A stretch of 13,592 nt of DNA from Candidatus Micrarchaeota archaeon (GTDB lineage Archaea > Micrarchaeota > Micrarchaeia > Norongarragalinales > SBBD01), in the NCBI GenBank assembly GCA_043806595.1, contig JAZDGU010000019.1, positions 1 through 13,592 on the forward strand. The letters are read 5' to 3'. Position numbers and translations under genes: made by a program. Below the pieces are notes generated by a model. It was given only the letters and a program-made list of their open reading frames with translations. It did no database searches and had not been told where the DNA came from. Positions 1 to 7,579 of the stretch are shown piece by piece. The number at the start of each line of letters is the position of its first letter. Positions within the stretch are counted from its first letter, which is position 1.

Positions 1-41
1 GCACAAGACCACCGCCAACGCACGCTAACTCAATTCAGCGA

Positions 42-134
42 GGCGGCCTAGGAAGCCCCGCCTGACTCAAGAGGAAGGCGAGGGAGGGAGGCCGCCGAGT
101 GCAACGGGGGTATCGGGGGGCGAAGCCCCCTGAT
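42..134. repeat. GC-rich hairpin cluster, possibly the end of a second element
   Basis: GGCGGCCT 42-49 pairs with AGGCCGCC 89-96, with inner CGCCT/AGGCG. A 10-bp stem 112-121/125-134 has a GCGAAGC apex. Confidence 0.55.
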
Positions 135-633
135 TCTCACGGTCGTCGAAAATCTTCCTCAAGCGATACTTTACGCCTGCCACAGTTCGCAACGCACGAT
201 TTGCCAAATCCTTTCGACCCGGCTTCCAGCAAGGTTCCGCCGGATTCAGCTCCGGCGAATACTTCGGAAATCGAATCAAACGAAAACTCTTGCGATGGCG
301 TCGAAGGAACTCCTCCACCTGTTTTCCCTTATGACACGGTCCGCCGTCAACAAACAACACGACCTTGTTGAAACGCGCGACGACCTGCTTGCAATGCGCA
401 ACGAACTGTTTCTGTTTTTTCCTCTTGAAAAAAGTGTAAACCAACGTCCGCTTCGTTCTTGTTGCAAACACGTTGGTGTACTTTCGCTGGAAGTTTATGG
501 TAGCCGTGGGACGGCTCCCTTTTCGAGCCCAGCCGCGTGTGACGCTGGGAAGGAGTCCGAACGTGGCTTCATCCTCGCAGCCCACAACAAAACCTTTTTT
601 CCGATAGTACCGCGCGATAAGCTGTGCTTTTTT
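67..633 (-). CDS. IS630 transposase DDE catalytic part (OrfB, reached by -1 frameshift)
   Basis: The -1 frame reads KKAQLIARYYRKKGFVVGCEDEATFG...GWARKG...FVDGGPCH...FPKYSPELNPAEPCWK, giving the D-D-E triad typical of IS630. The last ~20 aa look like read-through into foreign sequence. Confidence 0.88.
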   Translation of the reverse strand, partial: KKAQLIARYYRKKGFVVGCEDEATFGLLPSVTRGWARKGSRPTATINFQRKYTNVFATRTKRTLVYTFFKRKKQKQFVAHCKQVVARFNKVVLFVDGGPCHKGKQVEEFLRRHRKSFRLIRFPKYSPELNPAEPCWKPGRKDLANRALRTVAGVKYRLRKIFDDRENQGASPPDTPVALGGLPPSPSS

Positions 634-1130
634 TTAAACGCGTCGTGCACTTCTTCGCCCGGAGATTTGTAATGCCTTGGCCTCGGTACAAGCAACGAAA
701 AACCGCAGGCGTCGAGCAATCGCCAGACGTGTTGCGGCGTGTAGGACACACCGAACTTTTTCTTGATTAACGCGAGGACTTCTTTCGAAGTCCATAACCG
801 CGAGGGAGCGCGAGGGTTGCCTTTTTCAAGAACTTTGAGCAAACGCAGACGCTGTCTTTTCGAAAGGTGTGGGGGACGGCCTTTTTTCTCGGCGGCGTTA
901 GATGCGGCCACGCCTCGTTCTTGAAAACGCTGAATTGTGCCGTGAATTGTGCGGCGAGGAGTGTCGCAAGCTTCCGCGATTTCGTCGAGGGGTTTGCCTT
1001 GCTTGCGATGGACGGCGATAAGTAACCGCAAGCGCGGTTTGGCTTTGGTTTCTGCCCGCATTAGTCGTTTAAGCTCGGAGAGCGAAGTGTTGGGCAGAAA
1101 GTCTTCGCCGCGAGCCAAATTCCAAGACAT
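495..1130 (-). CDS. IS630 transposase N-terminal part (HTH/winged-helix, OrfA)
   Basis: ATG at 1130, about 25 nt after a TATA box. Motifs EIAEAC..RRTI, KKGRPPHLS, LWTSKEV..IKKKFGVSY...VWRLL..GFS..PRP, then FKKK at the frameshift site. Confidence 0.88.
   Translation of the reverse strand: MSWNLARGEDFLPNTSLSELKRLMRAETKAKPRLRLLIAVHRKQGKPLDEIAEACDTPRRTIHGTIQRFQERGVAASNAAEKKGRPPHLSKRQRLRLLKVLEKGNPRAPSRLWTSKEVLALIKKKFGVSYTPQHVWRLLDACGFSLLVPRPRHYKSPGEEVHDAFKKKHSLSRGTIGKKVLLWAARMKPRSDSFPASHAAGLEKGAVPRLP
627..638 (-). promoter_or_regulatory. -1 programmed frameshift/slippage site TTT AAA AAA AAG
   Basis: A8 run containing the A_AAA_AAG heptamer. The -1 frame opens immediately after a TAA (636-634) and runs into the DDE domain. 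Confidence 0.85.
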
Positions 1131-1150
1131 GCAAGTAATTAACAAGTTCC

Positions 1151-1160
1151 AATATATAAG
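1151..1160 (-). promoter_or_regulatory. TATA box of the transposase (probably leaderless transcript)
   Basis: CTTATATATT on the minus strand about 25 nt upstream of ATG 1130. Confidence 0.55.
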
Positions 1161-1302
1161 TTATTCGGTATAAGCTACCGCAAACCCCTCCTTACTGCGA
1201 AAATGCCCTTGTTTGGGCCGGGGGGGGGCGGCGTTTTCTTGCGTCGCGGCACTCCTTTCCTGCTATTAGTCCACCGCGACGAGCGTTTTCCCCATCTGTT
1301 GA

Positions 1303-1740
1303 TTATTCTGGTTTTGTAGTCCGCCGCCGGCGGGTGTTTTTCTTATGTTGCGGTGTCGGGCTGTTGTGTCGTTGTTTTGGTTGAGTAAAGTGGATTGTTA
1401 TTCCTTTGATGCCTTCTTTTTTTTCTGACGGCACGAACGAATAGGCTCCGTTTAGTCTTCCTTTGCTGATTCCTCCGCCTTGTGCTCTTTTGTTGATGCA
1501 TCCCTCTAGTTTTGCCTTGCGGAGCAGGTGTTCGACTAGTTTTTGGTGTGGTTCGCCGCTTGTTTCTTGGCTGCTTGCGAATTCGGAGAGGATTTGCTGG
1601 TTTCGTTCGTTTCCTTCAAGCGGTATTACGAGTTTCAGCCCGTTGTTGAAAACCCGGTGTTTGAAACCCAATCTTCTTACTTCTGTGAGCATTCGTTCTG
1701 TGAGGACTCGCGGGTTTTGTTCCTCCAGGGTCTCCTTCAT
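1303..1740 (-). CDS. Hypothetical basic protein, 145 aa, K/R-rich C-terminus
   Basis: Open frame with ATG at 1740, GGTGA Shine-Dalgarno at 1750-1746 and TATA-like TTTACTAA at 1778-1771. More AT-rich than the ribosomal genes. No family recognised. Confidence 0.7.
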   Translation of the reverse strand: MKETLEEQNPRVLTERMLTEVRRLGFKHRVFNNGLKLVIPLEGNERNQQILSEFASSQETSGEPHQKLVEHLLRKAKLEGCINKRAQGGGISKGRLNGAYSFVPSEKKEGIKGITIHFTQPKQRHNSPTPQHKKNTRRRRTTKPE

Positions 1741-1770
1741 GCCTTTCACCAAACGGGTACGGCGCGGGTC

Positions 1771-1785
1771 TTAGTAAATCTTTGC
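1771..1785 (-). promoter_or_regulatory. BRE/TATA-like promoter of the 145-aa ORF
   Basis: CAAAGATTTACTAA on the minus strand about 30 nt upstream of the ATG. Confidence 0.5.
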
Positions 1786-1791
1786 ATTGCG

Positions 1792-1811
1792 GAAACCGAA
1801 CTGCCGGTTTC
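1792..1811. terminator. Hairpin downstream of the candidate ncRNA (possible 3' boundary)
   Basis: GAAACCG-6 nt-CGGTTTC perfect 7-bp stem. Confidence 0.3.
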
Positions 1812-1841
1812 TTCTTTGGGCGTATTCGGCTAGAGTTGACC

Positions 1842-2200
1842 CCAGCTGGTAAAACTTGAAGAACGCCTCTGCACCAAGCGCGGTTTTCCTATCCCTCGCC
1901 GAGTCTCGCTGTGTTCGACTTCTGCACTCTCGGGGCGTTCCATCTTAAGCCTTTTCCCTCGCCTGCTGGCTCGGGTCGCTCAGCCCTGCGGGGCGTTCGC
2001 TAAAGGCATAAGGGAACGCCCGCTCGCCAAATGGCCGCTTGAAGTCGAACCAGCTTCGCTCGGCTTCTTTGCATAGGAAAACCCGCGCGCGCAAGCCGGG
2101 TCCTGCTTTCCAGCGCAGGCTGGAGAGCCAAGCTCTCCTGAAGACAACTGGTGGTAAACCCGAAAGTCGGGGGAGCACCCTCCGGTGATATGAGGGGGCG
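1842..2200 (-). ncRNA. Candidate large structured ncRNA of unassigned family (divergent SRP RNA not excluded)
   Basis: Nested helices: 1882-1892/2073-2083 (11 bp), 1898-1903/2059-2064, 1908-1911/2051-2054, 1913-1922/2041-2050 (10 bp), 1933-1941/2013-2021 (9 bp), 1944-1954/2002-2012. Also hairpins 2122-2138 and 2102-2119 and a closing helix 1842-1848/2145-2151. G-U pairs and purine-rich loops favour the minus strand. Confidence 0.7.
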
Positions 2201-2302
2201 GTTCCTTAATGGATTAGGGTTTAACCTTGTTTCCGGTGCGACTGCACCGACAACGCCCGGGCTCCCGCTGAGGCTTGCCATTGGAATTTTGGCGTTCGGG
2301 CT

Positions 2303-2770
2303 TCACGCCATGCGGAGCAGGAGTTCGCCGATCTTCTCCTTGCGGTTGCCGAGCGCGCCCTTGGGGAACGCGAGCTTGATCGTGCCGTCGAAGCCCTTTC
2401 GCGGCGGGCTCAGCCGCAGCACGGGCTTCAGCCCCTTGACGTCTTTCAGGGCGGCCTTGGCCTCCGCGACCGCCTGCGCCAGCTCGGAGATCGTCTTGAA
2501 CGCGGAGTTTTTCGCGACGTATTCGTCGGTCAGCCTCTTGCCGCCTTCGCTCTCGCCGCGCCTGCGCAGGAGCTCTTCGACGGTCTTCGCGTCGACGACG
2601 CCCCACGTGATGAAGTCCTTGGCGTGCAGGAGCATTCCCTTTGCCGAGGGCGACTCCTTCAAGAATATGCAGTGGTTCTTGCGGGTGAGCTTGAGGTCGT
2701 AGAGCGTGCGTTCTACGGTTGTGCGGGTTTCCATGCTCCCGCGGACCCTTACTGCTGCGATTGCGGTCAT
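2303..2770 (-). CDS. rpl30p: 50S ribosomal protein uL30 (long archaeal form)
   Basis: IAAVRVRG..TL..LKLTRKNHC..KDFITWG..LRLSPPRKGF..GALGNR; operon position after S5. Confidence 0.97.
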   Translation of the reverse strand: MTAIAAVRVRGSMETRTTVERTLYDLKLTRKNHCIFLKESPSAKGMLLHAKDFITWGVVDAKTVEELLRRRGESEGGKRLTDEYVAKNSAFKTISELAQAVAEAKAALKDVKGLKPVLRLSPPRKGFDGTIKLAFPKGALGNRKEKIGELLLRMA

Positions 2771-3516
2771 GCGGACACCTTCTCGGGCGTTTCATCGGGC
2801 TTGGCCCCGGCGGGTTCTGCGGGCTTCTCCTCCTGGATTTCGGGAGCCACGGGTGCGTGCTCGGGCTCCTTGTAGCTCTTGCCCTTCTTGAGGCTGTTGA
2901 GGCTCTTGAGCGCGTTGATCGTAGCAAGCACGGTGTTGATGATGGAGCGCGTGCGGCCCTTGGAGAACGTCCAGCAGTCGCTCACGCCGGCGAGCTGGAG
3001 GACCTGTCTTGCGGTGTTCCCTGCCACGATTCCGACGCCCTTCGGCGCTGGGAGGATTATTATCTTCGTGCTGCTGCTTTTGCCGATGGCCTTCTGGACT
3101 ATCGAGTGCGTGCCGCTGCAGGCGCATTCCCACGAGCCGCAGCCGAGGTTGACCTTGAGGATGTTCTTCTTTGCGTCGACTATCGCCTCCGCGATGGAGT
3201 CGCGGGCCTCGGCGGCCTTCCCGACGCCGATTCCGATGTAGCCCCTGCGGTTCCCGAGGATGACGACTGAGCGCATGGCCTGTTTCCTGCCGTAGGCGGT
3301 CATGCGCTGGGTGCTGGTTACCTCGAGCACCTCGTCCTTGAGGTCGGGCAGGAGAGTGTCGATGATCTGGGTTTCGAGTATGGGGCGCCCTGAGGCGAAC
3401 ACCTCGTCGATGTTCGTTATCTGGCCTGTGGCGACGAGGCGGCCGAGCTCGGTGCGCGGCAGCCACTCGGGCCTGGCCCTATCCTCCCTTTCCCTCCTGC
3501 GTTCTCGTCTTATCAC
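2767..3516 (-). CDS. rps5p: 30S ribosomal protein uS5
   Basis: WLPRTELGRLV, QRMTAYGR, GCGSWEC, PAPKGVGIVAG, WTFSKGRTRS; GTG start. Confidence 0.97.
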   Translation of the reverse strand: MIRRERRREREDRARPEWLPRTELGRLVATGQITNIDEVFASGRPILETQIIDTLLPDLKDEVLEVTSTQRMTAYGRKQAMRSVVILGNRRGYIGIGVGKAAEARDSIAEAIVDAKKNILKVNLGCGSWECACSGTHSIVQKAIGKSSSTKIIILPAPKGVGIVAGNTARQVLQLAGVSDCWTFSKGRTRSIINTVLATINALKSLNSLKKGKSYKEPEHAPVAPEIQEEKPAEPAGAKPDETPEKVSA

Positions 3517-3529
3517 TCATCACACCTTT

Positions 3530-4033
3530 CTACGAAGCCTTGATTTTTTCCCTGCAGTCCGCGAATGCCGTGGCGGTCCCGTCCTTCATGTGCTTGCCCT
3601 CGATGCGTTCCTGCGACGGCGCAATCTCGTTCCCGAGGGAGACGGCAATGCCCGCGTCGGTCGCCCCCTTTGCGGCGGCGAAGACGAGGCTGCCCTTGGT
3701 CGCCTTGTGCAGGCCGATGTCGAGCACCGCCTCCTTGACGCCCTTCTTGGCCGCCTCCTTGGCGCAGAGCATGGCCGTGAGGTACGCCGATGGCGTGTTG
3801 CACTTTCCCTTGAACCCGAGCTTTTCGAGTGCGGCGGAGCTCCTCGACACCACTGTGCGGTCGCCCTTCTCGCCGTTCTCGGTTATCGATACCGTGACGT
3901 GCCTGTTCGTCTTGCGGACGACGAGCCTCGGCATGCCTGACTTGAGGAGCGCGAGGCGCTTGGCGTAGTCCGTCCTGCCCTCCCGCCTCCTGCGGAAGTG
4001 CACGTCGTACGTCGCTCCAGTTGCCTTAGCCAA
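3530..4033 (-). CDS. rpl18p: 50S ribosomal protein uL18
   Basis: FRRRREGRTDYAKRLALL, RLVVRKTN, NTPSAYLT, LDIGL. Start is probably TTG 4033 (alternative GTG 4042). Confidence 0.96.
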   Translation of the reverse strand: MAKATGATYDVHFRRRREGRTDYAKRLALLKSGMPRLVVRKTNRHVTVSITENGEKGDRTVVSRSSAALEKLGFKGKCNTPSAYLTAMLCAKEAAKKGVKEAVLDIGLHKATKGSLVFAAAKGATDAGIAVSLGNEIAPSQERIEGKHMKDGTATAFADCREKIKAS

Positions 4034-4478
4034 CCTTGACACCCTCTGAATTTTCCTCCTTGGATTTCAGGTATTCGGCGAGACGCTTCTTGTCCGGGAA
4101 CGCGTTGCCCTTGATCATGCGGTACGCCTCCCGGAACACCGCGCCGCTCACCTTGCGCTTGCTTGCCTTGAGCAGCTTGCGCTGCGCCCTGACCTTGCGC
4201 ATCCAGAGCTCCTTCGCGGTGACGCGCGCATGCGCCGAGCCGCTCTGGCTTCCGCGGCCGCGGCGCCTGCCCTTTCGCTTGCGTTCCTGCTTCCGGCGCG
4301 CCTTGCCGCGGGACACTCCATGCGAAGGGACCTCGAACACCACCTTCTCCTTGATGAGCTCCCTCACGTCGTCCGAGGTGAGGGCGTCGGATGCCCTCTT
4401 GGGGTCGATGATCCTTACCCTGCTTTTGCCGCACTTGAGCAGCCTTGCCGCGAGCCTGCGCACGGTTTTTACGGACAT
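4026..4478 (-). CDS. rpl19e: 50S ribosomal protein eL19
   Basis: RRLAARLLKCGKSRVRI, GRRRGRGS..G, WMRKVRAQRKLL, YRMIKGNAF. Confidence 0.97.
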   Translation of the reverse strand: MSVKTVRRLAARLLKCGKSRVRIIDPKRASDALTSDDVRELIKEKVVFEVPSHGVSRGKARRKQERKRKGRRRGRGSQSGSAHARVTAKELWMRKVRAQRKLLKASKRKVSGAVFREAYRMIKGNAFPDKKRLAEYLKSKEENSEGVKVG

Positions 4479-4500
4479 TTATATCAACTTGCGTTTGTTT

Positions 4501-4830
4501 TCAATTCAGGACGTGCAGCTTCTTCTCCTCCGCCTTCTTCCGGAGCGCCGTCTTGCTCCTTTTCGAGAGCGTTCCGGAGAGCCGGATGACGAAGCCATCT
4601 ATGCCCTCGGCATCTAGGTCCTTCTCCTGCCTGACGAGGCGTTCGGGCTTCCCCGTCGGGTGGTTCCCCCTGCCCGCTTTCGGCGAACGGTGGCCGATTT
4701 TGACGACCGCGCCCGCCCACTTGAGCTTCTGGCGCTGCTTGCTGTCGATCCCGCGGGGCTTGCGCCACCCGCTCTTTACTCTTGCGATGCTGCCGAAATT
4801 CGCCCGCCGGAATTTTGGGTGCTTGTTCAT
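4501..4830 (-). CDS. rpl32e: 50S ribosomal protein eL32 (short form)
   Basis: PKFRR, WRKPRGIDSKQR, IGHRSPK..RG.HPTG, C-terminal VLN. Confidence 0.96.
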   Translation of the reverse strand: MNKHPKFRRANFGSIARVKSGWRKPRGIDSKQRQKLKWAGAVVKIGHRSPKAGRGNHPTGKPERLVRQEKDLDAEGIDGFVIRLSGTLSKRSKTALRKKAEEKKLHVLN

Positions 4831-4834
4831 TTTT

Positions 4835-5344
4835 TCACTCCGAGTAATATATCCCGTCCTGGAAAACTCTCCTGTCCTTGTTCGTGATGCGCGTGGCGCT
4901 CACGAGGTTGGCTGCCGTCTGGCCGACTTCGTCCTTGTTCCTGCCCGTCACCGTAATCTCCTGGCCGCTGGCCTTGACTTCGGCGTTGCCGGCGATTTTC
5001 GCCCTGCGGGGGACCTTCTCGCCGAGGAAGTTCTTGACGTGCACCTCCTTGCCTTTGACCTCGATGCTGACCGGGAAGTGCGCGTACACGACCTGCAGCT
5101 TCTTCTCGAAGGGCTTCGCCATTCCTTCGGCGACGTTGTCGACGTGCTTGGTCAGGGAAATCATAGCCGCGCGCTTGGTGCGGTTGTCGCTGCCGACCGC
5201 GGTGATCTCGAGCCTGCCGTCCTTGGCCTCGACCTTCATCATGCGGTAGTTGAACCTGATCTGGGTGACATTCCCTCCCGCGGTGACCTTGAGCGTTCCG
5301 ACCGCGGCCTCCACTGAGACGTCCTTCGGGATTTCGTATTCCAT
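4835..5344 (-). CDS. rpl6p: 50S ribosomal protein uL6
   Basis: VYAHFPVSI, NFLGEKVPR, VGQTAAN, KDRRVFQDGIY. Confidence 0.97.
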   Translation of the reverse strand: MEYEIPKDVSVEAAVGTLKVTAGGNVTQIRFNYRMMKVEAKDGRLEITAVGSDNRTKRAAMISLTKHVDNVAEGMAKPFEKKLQVVYAHFPVSIEVKGKEVHVKNFLGEKVPRRAKIAGNAEVKASGQEITVTGRNKDEVGQTAANLVSATRITNKDRRVFQDGIYYSE

Positions 5345-5365
5345 CGTGTTTCACTGTACGGTTTC

Positions 5366-5749
5366 TCAATAAACGTATGCGATGAGCCTCCCGCCGATCT
5401 TGGCCTCCTTGGCCTTCGCGTGCGTCATCACGCCCTTGGATGTCGATATGAATAGCAGGCCGACGCCCCTCGCGGGCATGAACCTCGCCTCGTACTTCTC
5501 GATGTCGGCGTTCTTGACCGGGAAGCGCGGCCTCACGACGTTGCATCCGTTGATCTTGCCGTTAAGTTTGACCGTGAACTCGCCGTCGAGGCCGTTGCTG
5601 ATCAGTTCGAAGTCGTCGACGTAACCCTCCTCCTTGAGGATCTCGAGGACGGCACGCACCTCCTTCGAGGCGGGCCTGACCAGTGCGGTGGGCTTGCCCC
5701 TTGCCTCCGCCACCTTTATCGAGTTCAGTGCATTTGCCAATGTGCCCAT
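5366..5749 (-). CDS. rps8p: 30S ribosomal protein uS8
   Basis: LANALNSIKVAE, INGCNVVRPRFPV, STSKGVMTH, IGGRLIAYVY. Confidence 0.97.
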   Translation of the reverse strand: MGTLANALNSIKVAEARGKPTALVRPASKEVRAVLEILKEEGYVDDFELISNGLDGEFTVKLNGKINGCNVVRPRFPVKNADIEKYEARFMPARGVGLLFISTSKGVMTHAKAKEAKIGGRLIAYVY

Positions 5750-5753
5750 TTTC

Positions 5754-5912
5754 TCACTCGTATTTCTTGAAACCGAACTTCACGGCGTTCTCCCTGAAAC
5801 ATTTCCTGCAGACGTACATCCCATACTTGCGGATGAGGCCGCGCACGTTGCCGCAGATGCGGCACTTGCGCTTGCCCCGGTGCTTGTACTTCAGGTCAAT
5901 GCTCTGCTTCAT
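5754..5912 (-). CDS. rps14p: 30S ribosomal protein uS14, zinc-binding type (52 aa; not in ORF track)
   Basis: Manual translation [52 protein letters not shown], with CxxC...CRxCFRE. Confidence 0.97.
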   Translation of the reverse strand: MKQSIDLKYKHRGKRKCRICGNVRGLIRKYGMYVCRKCFRENAVKFGFKKYE

Positions 5913-5925
5913 CTGCACACCCTTC

Positions 5926-6447
5926 TCATTCCGTTGACGGTTCCTCGATTTTCACGCCGTATGCGTTCTTGATGAACTCCTTGGCCTCGTCCGTGGTCAC
6001 CTTCTGGTTCTTCGGCAGCTTCCTGCGGGCGATCCTCCTCTTCGAAATCCTCGTTCCGGGCTTGCGGAGGGTCAGGCAGACGTCGAACCCCATCATCCCT
6101 ATCTTGGGGTCGTACTTCATGCCCGGGAAGTCGATGTATTCCTTTATGCCGAACGAGACGTTCCCGTACTTGTCGAAGCTCGACACCATTATGGCGCCCT
6201 CGACGGTCTCGAACGCCCTCTTGAGGACCTCCCCGGCCTTCTTCCCGCGGAGGGTGACTTTCGCGCCGATGTTGTCGCCCTTGCGGACCTTGAACTCGGG
6301 ATTGCGGTCCTTCGCCTTCGTGTACACTGCCTTGCTCCCGCTGACCTTCTCGAGCAGGGTCTTGGCGTTCTCGAGCTTCTCTCCCGCGATGCCCGTGCCG
6401 ATGTTGAGCGTGACCTTCTCCAGCCGTACCGCGGCCATAGTGTTCAT
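5926..6447 (-). CDS. rpl5p: 50S ribosomal protein uL5
   Basis: [50 protein letters not shown]. Confidence 0.97.
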   Translation of the reverse strand: MNTMAAVRLEKVTLNIGTGIAGEKLENAKTLLEKVSGSKAVYTKAKDRNPEFKVRKGDNIGAKVTLRGKKAGEVLKRAFETVEGAIMVSSFDKYGNVSFGIKEYIDFPGMKYDPKIGMMGFDVCLTLRKPGTRISKRRIARRKLPKNQKVTTDEAKEFIKNAYGVKIEEPSTE

Positions 6448-6457
6448 CTTTTTTCAC

Positions 6458-7171
6458 TCAGTTTATGTGGAACTCCTTGGCTACCGCGAACAGGTAGTCC
6501 TTGTGCGTGACAATCTCCTTGTCCCCGTGCCTGATGCGCGCGTCCGTGGGGATTCCCCCGGGAAGCTCGATGAGCTCCTCGAGGGTGCCGACCGCGCCGG
6601 CGTGCTTGCCCTTGAATGCGTAGCAGTTCACGCCCTTCTCCAGCTTGATGAATGACTCTATCTTGTACTCCGGCAGCTTGACGCGCACCGTGTCGCCGAC
6701 GTTGAACCTGTCCTCCTCCTTCTCTATGAGGATGTTCCTTCCGTCGTGCAGGTTGAGCTGCACCTTTCCTCCGGTTAGTATCGTCTTGTCCTTGATCCTG
6801 CAGGACTTCAGCTTGGCGTCGTCGGCGCTTACCTCGACGGGCATGAGCCGGCCCTTGATCATGAAGACCTGGTAGTTCTTCTCCATCTTGGGGATGGAAA
6901 CGACGTCCATCACGCCGACGCCGTATCCCGCGTCGCGCACCGTCCTGCCGTCCACCTTGACCTCGCCGGCGTTGAGGACCATCTTGGCCTCCCTAGTCGT
7001 CCGCGCAACGCGGATGATGTCGCGCAGGAAAAGCTGGAGTGCGATGCTCTCGTCCTTGCCGTGGGCGCCGGGCTGGACCTTCTTGATCCACACGTTGCCC
7101 TTGGCTGGCAGCGCCAGGACCCTGCTCTTCGCCAGCTTCTTCAGATGCCTCCTGTTTCCATGCAATGCCAT
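6458..7171 (-). CDS. rps4e: 30S ribosomal protein eS4
   Basis: RHLKKL, PGAH, VKVDGRTVRD..GVMDVVSI, QLNLHDGRNI, GKHAG. Confidence 0.97.
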   Translation of the reverse strand: MALHGNRRHLKKLAKSRVLALPAKGNVWIKKVQPGAHGKDESIALQLFLRDIIRVARTTREAKMVLNAGEVKVDGRTVRDAGYGVGVMDVVSIPKMEKNYQVFMIKGRLMPVEVSADDAKLKSCRIKDKTILTGGKVQLNLHDGRNILIEKEEDRFNVGDTVRVKLPEYKIESFIKLEKGVNCYAFKGKHAGAVGTLEELIELPGGIPTDARIRHGDKEIVTHKDYLFAVAKEFHIN

Positions 7172-7178
7172 GAGCTCA

Positions 7179-7568
7179 CTACCCTTTCTTTTCCTCCTTT
7201 CTGGCCTCGGGCTTCGCCTTCTTGGCCTTGAGAATCGGCTCTTTCCAATCCGTAAGTATGCAGTTCGAGGGCTCTATCGGCGCCGGCATCTCCTTTCCGC
7301 CCTGCCTCTTGGCGATGACGCCCTCGAGGAATATCCTGCCGGCGTAGAGGTCCACGGCGGTGATCTTTGCCTCCCTCTTGCGGAAATCGCCGCGCACCAC
7401 CCGCACCTTGTCGCCCTTCTTCGCCAGCGCCGCCCTCTTCTTGAGCGTCTTGCGGAGCTCCTTGGAGACGTGCATGTGCATCTTCTTGCGCCGGTCGTGG
7501 AGCGCCGCGTCGTATGCCGCCTTCCTCTTCTTGCGCGGGAGGCTTGAAACACTGCTGTTGAACTTCAT
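7179..7568 (-). CDS. rpl24p: 50S ribosomal protein uL24
   Basis: ATG 7568 inside the over-extended track ORF; SSLPRKKRKA, SKELRK, KKGDKVRVVRGDF (KOW motif), PIEPSN. Confidence 0.96.
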   Translation of the reverse strand: MKFNSSVSSLPRKKRKAAYDAALHDRRKKMHMHVSKELRKTLKKRAALAKKGDKVRVVRGDFRKREAKITAVDLYAGRIFLEGVIAKRQGGKEMPAPIEPSNCILTDWKEPILKAKKAKPEARKEEKKG

Positions 7569-7579
7569 TGCAACCAACT

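Larger units (their letters stand above)
67..1172 (-). mobile_element. IS630-family insertion sequence, probably truncated at its 3' end
   Basis: HTH ORF plus DDE ORF joined by a slippery site. Probable left end TA|TACCGAATAAC at 1172-1160, consistent with the IS630 TA target. No matching inverted repeat seen in 1-140. Confidence 0.85.

Noticed and set aside
1220..1290. G run and 8-bp inverted repeat CGTCGCGG/CCGCGACG
   Set aside because: A single stem with a long loop and no further support for function.
1950..2007. Hammerhead ribozyme in the apical 3-way junction (CUGAGCGA...GAAA, minus strand)
   Set aside because: The core deviates from CUGANGA, the GAAA overlaps the stem, and extra nucleotides follow the would-be cleavage triplet.
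2092..2108. RNase P RNA (GCAGGACCCGGCUUG resembles CR-V)
   Set aside because: No CR-I GAGGAAAGUCC partner or other conserved regions in the proper order.
1945..2281. ORFs 1945-2178 and 2000-2281 as proteins (e.g. L15)
   Set aside because: No L15 motifs and non-protein-like composition; the region is better explained by RNA structure.
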